From positions 4,000,001 through 4,064,000 of the forward strand of contig OZ253564.1 of the NCBI GenBank assembly GCA_965262915.1: a stretch of DNA of 64,000 nucleotides. The letters are read 5' to 3'. The translations under genes and the position numbers were made by a program. Numbering within the stretch: the stretch's first letter is position 1; each line of letters opens with the position of its first letter. Shown here one piece after another: positions 28,260 to 37,424 of this stretch. The notes beneath the pieces were generated by a model. That model saw nothing but the letters and a program-made list of their open reading frames with translations. It made no database searches and had not been told where the DNA came from. The DNA comes from Candidatus Spongiisociaceae bacterium. GTDB taxonomy: Bacteria > Actinomycetota > Acidimicrobiia > Spongiisociales > Spongiisociaceae.

Positions 28260-30682
28260 GATCCGCCCCCCGGACCGGACGCTTCCCGTATGGCTTGGCG
28301 GATGGCGGAGGGTGTCACCGGGGTGGCCTTGATCTCCACACCCAGGTCGGCGAGGGCCTCAGACACCGCCCCTACTACCACCGCCGCCGGGCCGATGGTT
28401 CCCCCTTCCCCGCAACCCTTGACACCGAGGGGCTGCTCGGGAGCCGGCGTCTCGAAGTGTTCGACGGTCATCTCCGGTACCTCGGAGCAAGTGGGGTACA
28501 GGTACTCCATGAAGGAGGCGAACAGGGGCCGGGCCGTCTCCGGGTCGTACTGGAAGTGCTCGTACATCGCTCCGGCGATCCCCTGCGCCACTCCCCCGTG
28601 GACCTGCCCGTCGATGATCATCGGGTTGATCATCGTGCCGCAGTCGTGGACCACCACGTAGTCCTCGATCTTGATCTCCCCGGTGCTGACCCGCACGCTG
28701 ACCACACCGGCGTGGGCACCGTTCGACCAGCTAGCCGCCGCATTGACCTTGCCGTCGAGGCCGGGTAGGTGCTCAAGTTCAGGCGGCTCGAAGTAGCCCG
28801 ACATCTCCAGGCCGGGCTCCATGCCCCGCGGCAAGTCGACGGTACGAACCCAGGCTGCGGTCGCTACCTGGGACCAGCTAACCGTCGGCGTGTCACTGCC
28901 CGCCACATGGAACCGGCTCTCGGTCAGCACGACATCATCGGCCGCCGCCTCCAGCATGTGGGCGGCGATCTCCTGCGCCTTGGCCAGCACCCGATCGGCG
29001 GCCATCAGGATCGACCCGCTCATCACTATCGCCGAGCGGCTGCCCCACGCCCCCAGCCCGTATGGTGCACGGTCTGTGTCACCCATGATGACCGTCACAT
29101 CGTCGGGATCCACGCCCAGCGCCTCGGCGGCCAGCTGGGCGGCGGTCGTCTCGGTGCCCTGGCCCAGGGCCGTTGTGCCCAGACCCACCCTGACCGCGCC
29201 GTCAGGATCGACCCTCATGGTGGCCGAGTCGTACCCGGCCCAGTGCCCGGTGGTGAGGTGGTAGGTGGGTGTGGTGGGCTCCACGTAGTTGGTGTACCCC
29301 ACCCCCACCCGTACGTCGGGATCGTCGGCGTACCTGGCCCGCACCCGCTCGACCGACGGAACAATCAACTCCAGCGCTCGCTCGAAACCTTTGGCGTGGG
29401 AACCCGAATCGATCCTCCCCCCGCCGTGCATCTGGTAGGGCATCTGGTCTTCCTGGAGCATCATCCGGCGACGGATCTCGACCCGGTCGGTCCCTGTGAG
29501 GCGGGCCACCCGGTCGATGATGCTCTCCATGACGAACATGCCCTCGGGCGTGCCAAACCCCCGATAGGCTCCGCTCGGAGTCTTGTTGGTGACCACACAG
29601 AAGTGATGCACCTCCATATTCTGAAAGTCATAGGCCCCCGTCAAGACTCCCCCGGTGACGAAGACGGTGGCAGTGCCGGGCATGAAGATCTCCCCCGATC
29701 CGACGTCGCAGTAGGCCTTGCAGCGGACGGCCCGGATGGTGCCGTCGTCGTCGTAGGCCACGTCCACATCGTGGCGCTGGTCCCTGGCGTGCACCCCGGA
29801 GACCAGATTCTCGAAGCGGTCCTCCAGCCAGCGCACCGGGCGTCCCAGCTTGCGAGCTATCCATGGTACGACCACATCCTCGGGATAGACGTGGGTCTTC
29901 GTGCCGAAACCTCCTCCCACGGCCGGGTTGATTACCCTGATCCTCGGCTCGGGAATACCGGTCATCTCGGCGATCGTGGTACGGACGATATGGGGGCTCT
30001 GCGTAGACGACCACACCGTGAGGTGACCGTCGACCTCATCCGCGAGGACCCCTCGGCACTCCAGAGGTAGCCCGGTCTGGCGCTGGCTGACGTAGGTGTC
30101 CGAGAAGGTATGGTCGGCTTCTTCGAAGGCCTCCCGCACCTCGGGTTTGTCGGCCGGGAAGTTGACCAGGAAGTTGTCGGACCAGCCGTCGTAGAGCTTA
30201 GGGGCGTCCGGGGCGAGCGCCTGATCCAGGTCGGCCACCGTGGGGAGCAGGTCGAACTCGGTGTGGGCGGCCACCAGGGCGGCGGCGTCCTCGGCCACGT
30301 ACCGGTCGGTGGCCACCACTGCCGCGTAGGGCGACCCGACGTAGCGCACCCGGTCCTCGGCGAGGGGGCGCTGGCCGACCGGCTGGATGTAGAGGATCTT
30401 GTGGGGAAAGGAGCCCACATCCGCCAGGTCGCCGCCTGTGAAGACGGCCGCCACCCCTGGTAGGGCGAGGGCCGGTCCGGTGTCGATGCTGCGGATGAGG
30501 GCGTGGGCCTCGGTACTGCGCACGAAGGCCACCTCGAGCATGCCGGGAAGTCTCAGATCGGCGATGTAGCGCTGGCGGCCCATCAACGGAGATCGGTCCT
30601 CCCGTCGGGGCACGGCTCTGCCGATGTGGCCGGCCCGATGACGGATCATCGGGTTGATGCGGGTGGGACTATCTATCGTCAT
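28256..30682 (-). CDS. Xanthine dehydrogenase family molybdopterin-binding subunit
   Basis: VGGGFGTK, AYRGFG, GQGTET, DGQVHGG, KGCGE; lacks the form I CODH AYRCSFR motif. Confidence 0.93.
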   Translation of the reverse strand: MTIDSPTRINPMIRHRAGHIGRAVPRREDRSPLMGRQRYIADLRLPGMLEVAFVRSTEAHALIRSIDTGPALALPGVAAVFTGGDLADVGSFPHKILYIQPVGQRPLAEDRVRYVGSPYAAVVATDRYVAEDAAALVAAHTEFDLLPTVADLDQALAPDAPKLYDGWSDNFLVNFPADKPEVREAFEEADHTFSDTYVSQRQTGLPLECRGVLADEVDGHLTVWSSTQSPHIVRTTIAEMTGIPEPRIRVINPAVGGGFGTKTHVYPEDVVVPWIARKLGRPVRWLEDRFENLVSGVHARDQRHDVDVAYDDDGTIRAVRCKAYCDVGSGEIFMPGTATVFVTGGVLTGAYDFQNMEVHHFCVVTNKTPSGAYRGFGTPEGMFVMESIIDRVARLTGTDRVEIRRRMMLQEDQMPYQMHGGGRIDSGSHAKGFERALELIVPSVERVRARYADDPDVRVGVGYTNYVEPTTPTYHLTTGHWAGYDSATMRVDPDGAVRVGLGTTALGQGTETTAAQLAAEALGVDPDDVTVIMGDTDRAPYGLGAWGSRSAIVMSGSILMAADRVLAKAQEIAAHMLEAAADDVVLTESRFHVAGSDTPTVSWSQVATAAWVRTVDLPRGMEPGLEMSGYFEPPELEHLPGLDGKVNAAASWSNGAHAGVVSVRVSTGEIKIEDYVVVHDCGTMINPMIIDGQVHGGVAQGIAGAMYEHFQYDPETARPLFASFMEYLYPTCSEVPEMTVEHFETPAPEQPLGVKGCGEGGTIGPAAVVVGAVSEALADLGVEIKATPVTPSAIRQAIREASGPGGGS

Positions 30683-30748
30683 ATGCCTCCCCGATGTCCA
30701 AAACCCAATGGCGTCGAAGGCAACAATGCCGGCGCCAGGAGACGGTTT

Positions 30749-30765
30749 TATTGATGCAGATTATA
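30749..30765. promoter_or_regulatory. Degenerate operator TATTG-N7-TTATA overlapping a minus-strand TATAAT
   Basis: AT-rich patch between the permease and the Mo-subunit gene. Confidence 0.45.
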
Positions 30766-30772
30766 GAGCGGG

Positions 30773-31663
30773 CTATCGCTCGCCGCGGTGGTAGGGGATG
30801 GTCAACGACAGCGGCACCCCGGAACGGCTGCGGTTGAACACCAGAGCCACGATTGTCAGCACGAACGGCAACGCCAGCAGCAGCTGGTAGGGCAGTTCGA
30901 CATCGCTGGCCTGCAGGGACAATTGCGTTGCCTCCAGGAACCCGAACAGCAACGAGCCGACCAGTACCCAGGTCGCCCTCCAGTTCCCGAATATCACTAT
31001 CGCCAGCGCGATCCATCCCCGGCCGGAGATGATGTCCGGGAAAAAGAGACCGGTCGAGCCGAGTGAGAGGAAGGACCCGCCAAGGCCCGCCATGACACCC
31101 CCGAATAACACTGCTACGTACTGGCGGGAGATGATGCCCACCCCCCGCATGTCGCATGCCTCGGGGTTGTGGCCGATACTGCGAAGCTCCAACCCGTACT
31201 TGGTTCGATACAGGAAGACCCAGATCACCGGGACCATCACGAAGGCGAAGTAGGTCAGCCAGGGCTGGCTCAAGGTCTCGACCGTCGGGATTTCGATGCT
31301 GCCCCCGGCCGCGTACACCGAGCGGTACCAGAAGAACGCCAGACCGATGCCGAGGATATTGAGGGCGAGGCCGGCCACCACCTGGTTCACCTTGGCGGTA
31401 ACGGTCATCAGCGCCATCAGTAGGGCCAGGGAGGCGCCGCCGATGCCTGCTGCCACCAAACCCGCCAACAGGCTTCCGGTCTCGTTGGCGACGTAGAAAC
31501 CGGCGAAGGCGCCCATCGTCATCGTCCCTTCCAGGCTGAGGTTCAGGATTCCGCTGCTCTCGCACACCAGTTCCCCCAGGGCGGTCAGGAGGAGGGGGGT
31601 GGCGATCCGCAACGTGGCCAGCAGGATCCCGAAGATGACCGCGCTGGTGAAGAAATCATCCAT
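30773..31663 (-). CDS. Nucleoside/purine (BMP-type) ABC transporter permease
   Basis: ATPLLLTALGE, GILNLSLEG, GRGWIALAIV, ALPF. Confidence 0.9.
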   Translation of the reverse strand: MDDFFTSAVIFGILLATLRIATPLLLTALGELVCESSGILNLSLEGTMTMGAFAGFYVANETGSLLAGLVAAGIGGASLALLMALMTVTAKVNQVVAGLALNILGIGLAFFWYRSVYAAGGSIEIPTVETLSQPWLTYFAFVMVPVIWVFLYRTKYGLELRSIGHNPEACDMRGVGIISRQYVAVLFGGVMAGLGGSFLSLGSTGLFFPDIISGRGWIALAIVIFGNWRATWVLVGSLLFGFLEATQLSLQASDVELPYQLLLALPFVLTIVALVFNRSRSGVPLSLTIPYHRGER

Positions 31664-32801
31664 GCCGCTTGACCCTCCGGATCCGGTAGCGGGAGACCAC
31701 GGCGGCGATCAGCACCAAGGCCAGGGCGGTTCCCTCGATGACGAACACCAGGGCCTTCGGTATGCCGGTCTCGACCTGCATGGCGGTGGACCCGTTCACC
31801 AGCGCTCCGAACGCGATAGCGGCGACGATCACTCCCAGTGGATGGAGGCGGGCGACCAGCGCGATGATGATCCCCGTGAACCCGATGCCTTCCGCGATGT
31901 CCAACTGCAGGCGGTGGTGGAGGCCCAGCAACTCCCCCGCGCCGGCGAGACCGGCCAGCGCACCCGATATGGCCATCACCGCCAGGGTCACCGTACCGAC
32001 CTTGATGCCCTTGTAGCGGGCGGCGACAACATTGGTGCCCACTCCCCGGATCTCGTATCCGAGGGTGGTCCGCCGGATCAGGAAGCGAACCGCCACCGCA
32101 GCCAGCAGAGCGATCGCGAACCCCCAGTGGAGACGGCTGTCGGAGAAGAACCGCGGCAGGAAGGTGTTGGCGGCCATCCTTTCGGTCTGGTAGTAGGGGG
32201 TTGTGGGAGACTGCCAGGGCCCAGCCAGCAGGTAGGACAGTACCTTCAAAATCACGAAGTTCAGCATGACCGTGGTAAGGATCTCGTTGGTTCCATAGCG
32301 GACCAGGAGGCCGCCGGCGACGGACGCCCAAGCGGCCCCGACCAACGCTGCTGCGACCAACATGGCCACGAAGAGAAGGGGCGCCGGGAGCCCTCCCCAC
32401 ATGTCGTACACCCACCAGGTGCCGATGGTGCCTGCGAAGAACTGCCCCTCGCCGCCGATGTTCCAGACCCCTGCCCGGAAGGCGATCGCCGCCGCGAGCC
32501 CGGTGAGGATAAGGGGCGTCGCCTGCACCAGGGTCTCCAATGCCGACTCCCGGCTTCCGAAGGCACCGTTGTACAAAGCCACGAAGGACTCCCCGGGGCT
32601 CTTTCCGACGACCAGAACCAGGCCCGCGATGATCGCCACTGCAACCACGAGGGCGGCCAGGAGCGCGGCTAACTCGTGCCACGGTCGGGTGACGAGCCGC
32701 TTCTCGAGCCGCCACGCCTCTGACTGGAAGAGCAGCGACATCGGGTCCCGCCGGGACCCTTCTGCGCGGGGTCCCGATTCGGGCGGGGCCCGATCTGTCA
32801 C
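31656..32801 (-). CDS. Nucleoside/purine (BMP-type) ABC transporter permease
   Basis: WNIGGEGQF, NEILTTVMLNF, GFTGIIIAL. Confidence 0.9.
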   Translation of the reverse strand: MTDRAPPESGPRAEGSRRDPMSLLFQSEAWRLEKRLVTRPWHELAALLAALVVAVAIIAGLVLVVGKSPGESFVALYNGAFGSRESALETLVQATPLILTGLAAAIAFRAGVWNIGGEGQFFAGTIGTWWVYDMWGGLPAPLLFVAMLVAAALVGAAWASVAGGLLVRYGTNEILTTVMLNFVILKVLSYLLAGPWQSPTTPYYQTERMAANTFLPRFFSDSRLHWGFAIALLAAVAVRFLIRRTTLGYEIRGVGTNVVAARYKGIKVGTVTLAVMAISGALAGLAGAGELLGLHHRLQLDIAEGIGFTGIIIALVARLHPLGVIVAAIAFGALVNGSTAMQVETGIPKALVFVIEGTALALVLIAAVVSRYRIRRVKRHG

Positions 32802-34333
32802 GATGGCGACCCGACCGGTCGGGCATCGTCGGCATCGGCACCGGCCATGCTCAGCCCGATGCTCTCCAGGTCGGTCATCTCCGGGGTGGTGACGGTGACG
32901 ATCCGGCCGTCGTAGATGACCGCAATGCGGTCCGACAGCTGGAATATCTCGTCGAGGTCCTCGGACATCAGCAGCACCCCGGCTCCCCGGTCCCGTTCCT
33001 CGACCAAGCGGCGGCGGACGTACTCGCTGGCAGAGATGTCCAGCCCGCGGGTGGGCTGGTGAGCCACCAGCAGCTTCGGCTTCCCCGACAACTCCCTAGC
33101 CATGATGATCTTCTGCAGGTTGCCGCCGGAAAGGGTGCGGGTGGTGTGGGATGCCGAGGGGGTCCTTATGTCGAAACCCTCGATGGACTCGGCGGCGAAG
33201 GCATCGATGGATCTGCGGTTGAGGAGCCCCCCGCGCGAGAAGGGAGGGCCACGGTGGCGGCCCAGCACCAGGTTCTCCTTGACCCGGAAATCCATCAGCA
33301 GGCCCTGGGCGATCCGGTCGGCGGGGACGCTGGCCACACCCAGCTGCGCTATCCGGTTGGCAGACAGGTCGGTGGTCTCCACGCCGACGATCCGGATAGC
33401 CCCGCTGGAGGGCTTGTCGACCCCTACCAGAGCATCGAAGAGGGCGTTCTGACCGTTGCCCGAGACGCCGGCGAGGCCGACGATCTCCCCGGCGTGCACC
33501 GCGAGCGAGAGACCCTTGAGGGATCCCCGACCGGTGACGCTCTCCAGATGTATCCCGTCGACCTCCACGATGGGCTCTCCGGATTCGGACCGGTCCTTGT
33601 CGACCTGGAAGAGCACGTCGCGGCCCACCATCATCCGGGCCAGCACCCGCATGTCGATATCAGCGGTGTCGACGGTTCCCACCACCGCGCCGCGCCGGAG
33701 CACCGTCACGCGGTCGGACAGCTCCATGACCTCTTTGAGCTTGTGGGTAATGAGGATGATGGTCAGGCCCTCGTCGCGCATCCGGCGCAGGATCCGGAAG
33801 AGCTGCCGCACACCCTGGGGGGTGAGCACCGCGGTGGGCTCGTCGAGGATGAGAACCTGGACACCGAAGTAGAGGGTCTTGAATATCTCGACCCACTGCT
33901 GCTCACCGACCGACAGCCTTCCCACTTCCGCGTCAGGGTCGATCTCCACGTCGTAGTTCTCGAAGAACCGCCCCAGCCTTCTCCTGACCTCGGAGAGGTC
34001 GAGCCACTGACGGGCCGGGGTCCCGATCACCACGTTCTCCACCACCGACATCGGCGAAACCAACTCGAAGTGCTGGTGCACCATCCCGATGCCCGCCTCG
34101 ATGGCATCCCGGGGCGTGTTGAGCTCGAGCAACTCCCCGTTGAACCGGACAGTTCCCTCGTCCGGTCGATAGACCCCGTAGAGCACGTCGGCGAGGGTGG
34201 TCTTGCCTGCCCCGTTCTCGCCGAGCAGGCAATGGATCTCACCGCGCCGTATGTCAACGCTGACGGCGTCGTTGGCGACCACCCCAGGGAAGCGCTTCGT
34301 GATCCGATCCACGGAGAGGATCGTTTCGCTCAC
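32798..34333 (-). CDS. Tandem-domain ABC ATPase (nucleoside/sugar type)
   Basis: FPGVVAND, GENGAGKTT, LDEPTAVL, LSGGNLQK, QPTRGLD. Confidence 0.93.
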   Translation of the reverse strand: MSETILSVDRITKRFPGVVANDAVSVDIRRGEIHCLLGENGAGKTTLADVLYGVYRPDEGTVRFNGELLELNTPRDAIEAGIGMVHQHFELVSPMSVVENVVIGTPARQWLDLSEVRRRLGRFFENYDVEIDPDAEVGRLSVGEQQWVEIFKTLYFGVQVLILDEPTAVLTPQGVRQLFRILRRMRDEGLTIILITHKLKEVMELSDRVTVLRRGAVVGTVDTADIDMRVLARMMVGRDVLFQVDKDRSESGEPIVEVDGIHLESVTGRGSLKGLSLAVHAGEIVGLAGVSGNGQNALFDALVGVDKPSSGAIRIVGVETTDLSANRIAQLGVASVPADRIAQGLLMDFRVKENLVLGRHRGPPFSRGGLLNRRSIDAFAAESIEGFDIRTPSASHTTRTLSGGNLQKIIMARELSGKPKLLVAHQPTRGLDISASEYVRRRLVEERDRGAGVLLMSEDLDEIFQLSDRIAVIYDGRIVTVTTPEMTDLESIGLSMAGADADDARPVGSPS

Positions 34334-34378
34334 CCTCGAAGGCCTCCCTGAGACGGTCTGCTCTCTAGGCCTCCGGTC

Positions 34379-35470
34379 CTACTCAATCGGTTCGGTAACG
34401 AGAGGGATCTTCAGTTCACCGCTCAGGATGGCAGCCTGGGCCTCTTCGACCGCAGCGACCACCTCAGCGGCGAGGTTGGGATTGAGCTCGCCGAGACTTG
34501 ACCCGCCGTCCAGCATGGACTGGTAAACGATCCGCTCCATGGGAGCGTCGTAGGGCACGCCTTCGGTTACGTGGGCGTACCAGGCGTCGATCAGGTCGAG
34601 GAATGCGGTATCCCAGCGAGCCACCGCGCTGGTGAGCACCACATCCGACATCCCCAACTGGTCGGTGAAGTGTCCGAAGCCCCACACACCGTCCGCCTCT
34701 TCGACGGCGGCGAAGGGCCCGAACCGCTCCGCGTAGACCATGTCGGAACCGGCCGCGATCTGTGCCGCCGCGGCTTCCTGGGCGGTGGCCGGGTCGAACC
34801 AGCTCTCGATGTAGGCCACTTCGGCGGTGATGTCCGGGTTGACCGACTGCGCCCCGTCGATGAACGCGTGGAGCGGAGCGTTGACGTTGGGGAACGGGAA
34901 GGCCGCCACGCCGCTGATCTTGTTGGTCTCGCTCATCATCCCGGCGATGATCCCGGCCAGGTAGGCGGGCTCGTGGATGAAGACGTCGATCCAGTATCCG
35001 TTGCCGCCCATCCCGTCGTTACCGGACCCGGAGTAGGCGAACAGGGTGTCCGGATAGTCGTCCCTGACCGCGGCCACCGCGTCGGAGTAGGTGCTGTGGG
35101 CGATAATGATCTCGTACTCACCCGTTTGGGCCAGGTCACGGATGACCCGTTCGCCATCCGCGTATGCGATCTCCTCGATCTCCTCCAGGGTGATCGTAAG
35201 GTCGTACGGGTTGTCATCCGCCAACCGGCCGATGCTGTCGATCATGGTGGCGTACCAACCCTCTTCCTTGGTGCCCAGCATGATCATGGCGACGTTCAAC
35301 TCGGTCGGCGCCATCATCTCGGCTTCGGTGGTGGTCGGTGCGGCGGTGGTGGTAGGCGCTGCTGTGGTCGTGGCAGGCTCTTCGTCGCCGCCGCACGCCC
35401 CGGCGATCATGGCCAGAGCCATGATGATCGCCGCAAAGGCGAACGTCTGACAGTCTCTGAACTTGCTCAT
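34379..35470 (-). CDS. BMP family substrate-binding lipoprotein
   Basis: ATG at 35470 with AGAGGAG RBS, lipobox AGAC, TTTAAP linker, EPAYLAGIIAG, WFDPA. Confidence 0.88.
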   Translation of the reverse strand: MSKFRDCQTFAFAAIIMALAMIAGACGGDEEPATTTAAPTTTAAPTTTEAEMMAPTELNVAMIMLGTKEEGWYATMIDSIGRLADDNPYDLTITLEEIEEIAYADGERVIRDLAQTGEYEIIIAHSTYSDAVAAVRDDYPDTLFAYSGSGNDGMGGNGYWIDVFIHEPAYLAGIIAGMMSETNKISGVAAFPFPNVNAPLHAFIDGAQSVNPDITAEVAYIESWFDPATAQEAAAAQIAAGSDMVYAERFGPFAAVEEADGVWGFGHFTDQLGMSDVVLTSAVARWDTAFLDLIDAWYAHVTEGVPYDAPMERIVYQSMLDGGSSLGELNPNLAAEVVAAVEEAQAAILSGELKIPLVTEPIE

Positions 35471-35649
35471 AGGACTTTCTCCTCTGTTGGTAGCTTCACT
35501 CTCTTGGGAATGCGATATCGCCCCGCCCGGAACCTCACTCGCTATGACATCTCTAGTCGAATCGTGACCTCGCGAGCGTGAAGACGCGTGGTTGTTACGC
35601 ACCCGGTGAACAATAGCGAGCCGCGCCCCGATCCTCACAACGAAACCCG

Positions 35650-35719
35650 GTGGTCTGCCTGCCAAGTGATTCGCCGTGTCCTGCTTGCATGCCACACCGC
35701 CACTTCACAGACAGACCAC
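35650..35719. repeat. MITE-like element, internally deleted copy (70 bp)
   Basis: TIRs GTGGTCTGCCTG / CAGACAGACCAC; both arms align with 49299-49460. Confidence 0.7.
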
Positions 35720-37335
35720 TACCGGCTCGACAGGACCGGCTTGCCGATGATCCGGTAGGGGGGCCACCAACGTTGCAGACCGAGATCCTCGACGATGACA
35801 TTGGCGGCGTTGTATCCGGGACCGAAGTGGATCGAACCGCCGGGGTGGCACGCCGATCCGCACATGTACAGACCATCGATGGGGGTTCGGTAGCCGCTGG
35901 CCTCGGGGAAGGGTCGGTTGATCCCCCACTGGTCGTTGGTGTAGGCGCCCTGCCGGCAACCCCCGCCCACCATGTTGATGATCCGGTTCCGGATGTCGTC
36001 GGGGGTGTAGGCGTAGGTGGCCACCATGTTGTCCCTGGTCAGGTTGGGCGCGTACTCCGCCCACCGGGAACGCATCCGCTCCAGTAGATCGTCCTTGATG
36101 TCGTCGTAGGTCTTGGCGCCGTTCTCGAGCTTGTCCGCGGGGGGGCCGAACTGCCAGAACAGCAGGGTGTGCTTGCCTTCCGGTGCATAGGAGGGATCGA
36201 TCACCGTGTGGCAGCAGGCATCGCCGCCCAGAGCCGACGGGATGTGCCCGTTGCCGATCTCCTCCCAGTGCCGGTCGAGTTCCTCGAGGGTGTTGACCCC
36301 GAAGAAAATGGCCAGGCCCTTGTTGGCCTCCTCCGAGTACTTGGCCGAGTAGTCGGGCGCCACCTCGGAGGCGGCATGGAAACCGAACAGCGCGGTGTGG
36401 AACTCGATCTCCCACTCCCGGCATCGCTGGGCGATCTCGGGAGAGAGGTGCTCCTCCCCCACCATCTGCAGGAAGGTCGCCGGCGGGTCGACCGCCGAGG
36501 CCACGAACTTCTCGGCGCGGAAGGTCTTACCTTCCGAAGTGCGGACACCGACTGCCCGTCCGCCTTCGATGATGATCTTCTCCACATGCTCCCCGGTGAG
36601 GATGATCCCTCCGTTCGCATGGAAGAAGGCGGCCAGCGACTGGGCGATCTGGTGGGTACCGCCCCGCACGATGCTGAGGCGGGGCGAGGCAGCGTAGCGC
36701 ATGAAGAAGTCGCCCACTCCGGTGGCGAAGTCGGGCATGCCCCGCACGCAGGCGTTCATGGCGATCCAGGTCTTCAGGCGGTCGCTCTCGTAGAGGTAGT
36801 CGAGCACCTCCCGGCCGCTCATGTCGCACATCTTCTGGTACTCGGCCCGGTCCTCGTCCCCGAGCCCCACGCCTCGCTCCGAGGTGGGTTTGGGGGGAGC
36901 GTAGAACTCCTCCTCCACCTTGGTGAGGAACCGGTGGTAGAGGTCCTCCATCGTGTCAAGGTCGGCCTTGGGGATGACATCTTTGAACTGGGCGTAGGTG
37001 CGCTGCGGGTCGTCGGTGTAGGTGAGCAACTCCGCACCGTCCTCGAACAGGTAGGCCCGCTCGACCTCGCCCCGCATCAGCTCGAGTCCGTAACGGTGCA
37101 ACTCGAAGTCCTGATGGGGAGGCCCGTAGGACCAGATGAAGTTGGCGTGCAGGTTGTGGTAGAAGCCGGGCTTGGTGACCTCCTCGGTAATGGTCGCCCC
37201 GCCGTATGCCATCCTCCGCTCGAGGACCAGCACACGTAGTCCCTGGCGGGCCATGTAACCACCCAGCGTCAGACCGTTGTAGCCACCACCGACGATGATC
37301 CCGTCAAAGGTTCCGTCAAGCACCCGCTCCTCCAT
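35719..37335 (-). CDS. Phytoene-dehydrogenase-like FAD oxidoreductase (COG1233 type)
   Basis: GGGYNGL, LERR...GG, YRTPIDGLYMCGSACHPGG...GYNAA. Confidence 0.88.
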   Translation of the reverse strand: MEERVLDGTFDGIIVGGGYNGLTLGGYMARQGLRVLVLERRMAYGGATITEEVTKPGFYHNLHANFIWSYGPPHQDFELHRYGLELMRGEVERAYLFEDGAELLTYTDDPQRTYAQFKDVIPKADLDTMEDLYHRFLTKVEEEFYAPPKPTSERGVGLGDEDRAEYQKMCDMSGREVLDYLYESDRLKTWIAMNACVRGMPDFATGVGDFFMRYAASPRLSIVRGGTHQIAQSLAAFFHANGGIILTGEHVEKIIIEGGRAVGVRTSEGKTFRAEKFVASAVDPPATFLQMVGEEHLSPEIAQRCREWEIEFHTALFGFHAASEVAPDYSAKYSEEANKGLAIFFGVNTLEELDRHWEEIGNGHIPSALGGDACCHTVIDPSYAPEGKHTLLFWQFGPPADKLENGAKTYDDIKDDLLERMRSRWAEYAPNLTRDNMVATYAYTPDDIRNRIINMVGGGCRQGAYTNDQWGINRPFPEASGYRTPIDGLYMCGSACHPGGSIHFGPGYNAANVIVEDLGLQRWWPPYRIIGKPVLSSR

Positions 37336-37355
37336 TCCCCAATCGAGTACCCGAA

Positions 37356-37385
37356 TATTGGTAAAATCTATATTGCTCTGTCAAG
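37356..37385 (-). promoter_or_regulatory. Operator-like TATTG-N7-CTATA next to a minus-strand TTGACA
   Basis: AT-rich region directly upstream of the oxidoreductase-BMP-Mo enzyme operon. Confidence 0.5.
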
Positions 37386-37424
37386 TAGTCCTGCTATCTT
37401 CGATTACCAGACCGACAGGAAATC

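Noticed and set aside
26887-30682. Aerobic CO dehydrogenase (coxMSL)
   Set aside because: Lacks the Cu-binding AYRCSFR motif and cox accessory genes.
28769-34351. Long antisense ORFs (e.g. 433, 430 and 357 aa)
   Set aside because: Typical high-GC shadow frames opposite well-supported genes.
35719-37335. Carotenoid biosynthesis crtI
   Set aside because: No other carotenoid genes; context is transport and catabolism.
37371-37387. Second dif-like site (TGTCAAGTAG)
   Set aside because: No TTAT core or XerC arm; better explained as a minus-strand TTGACA.
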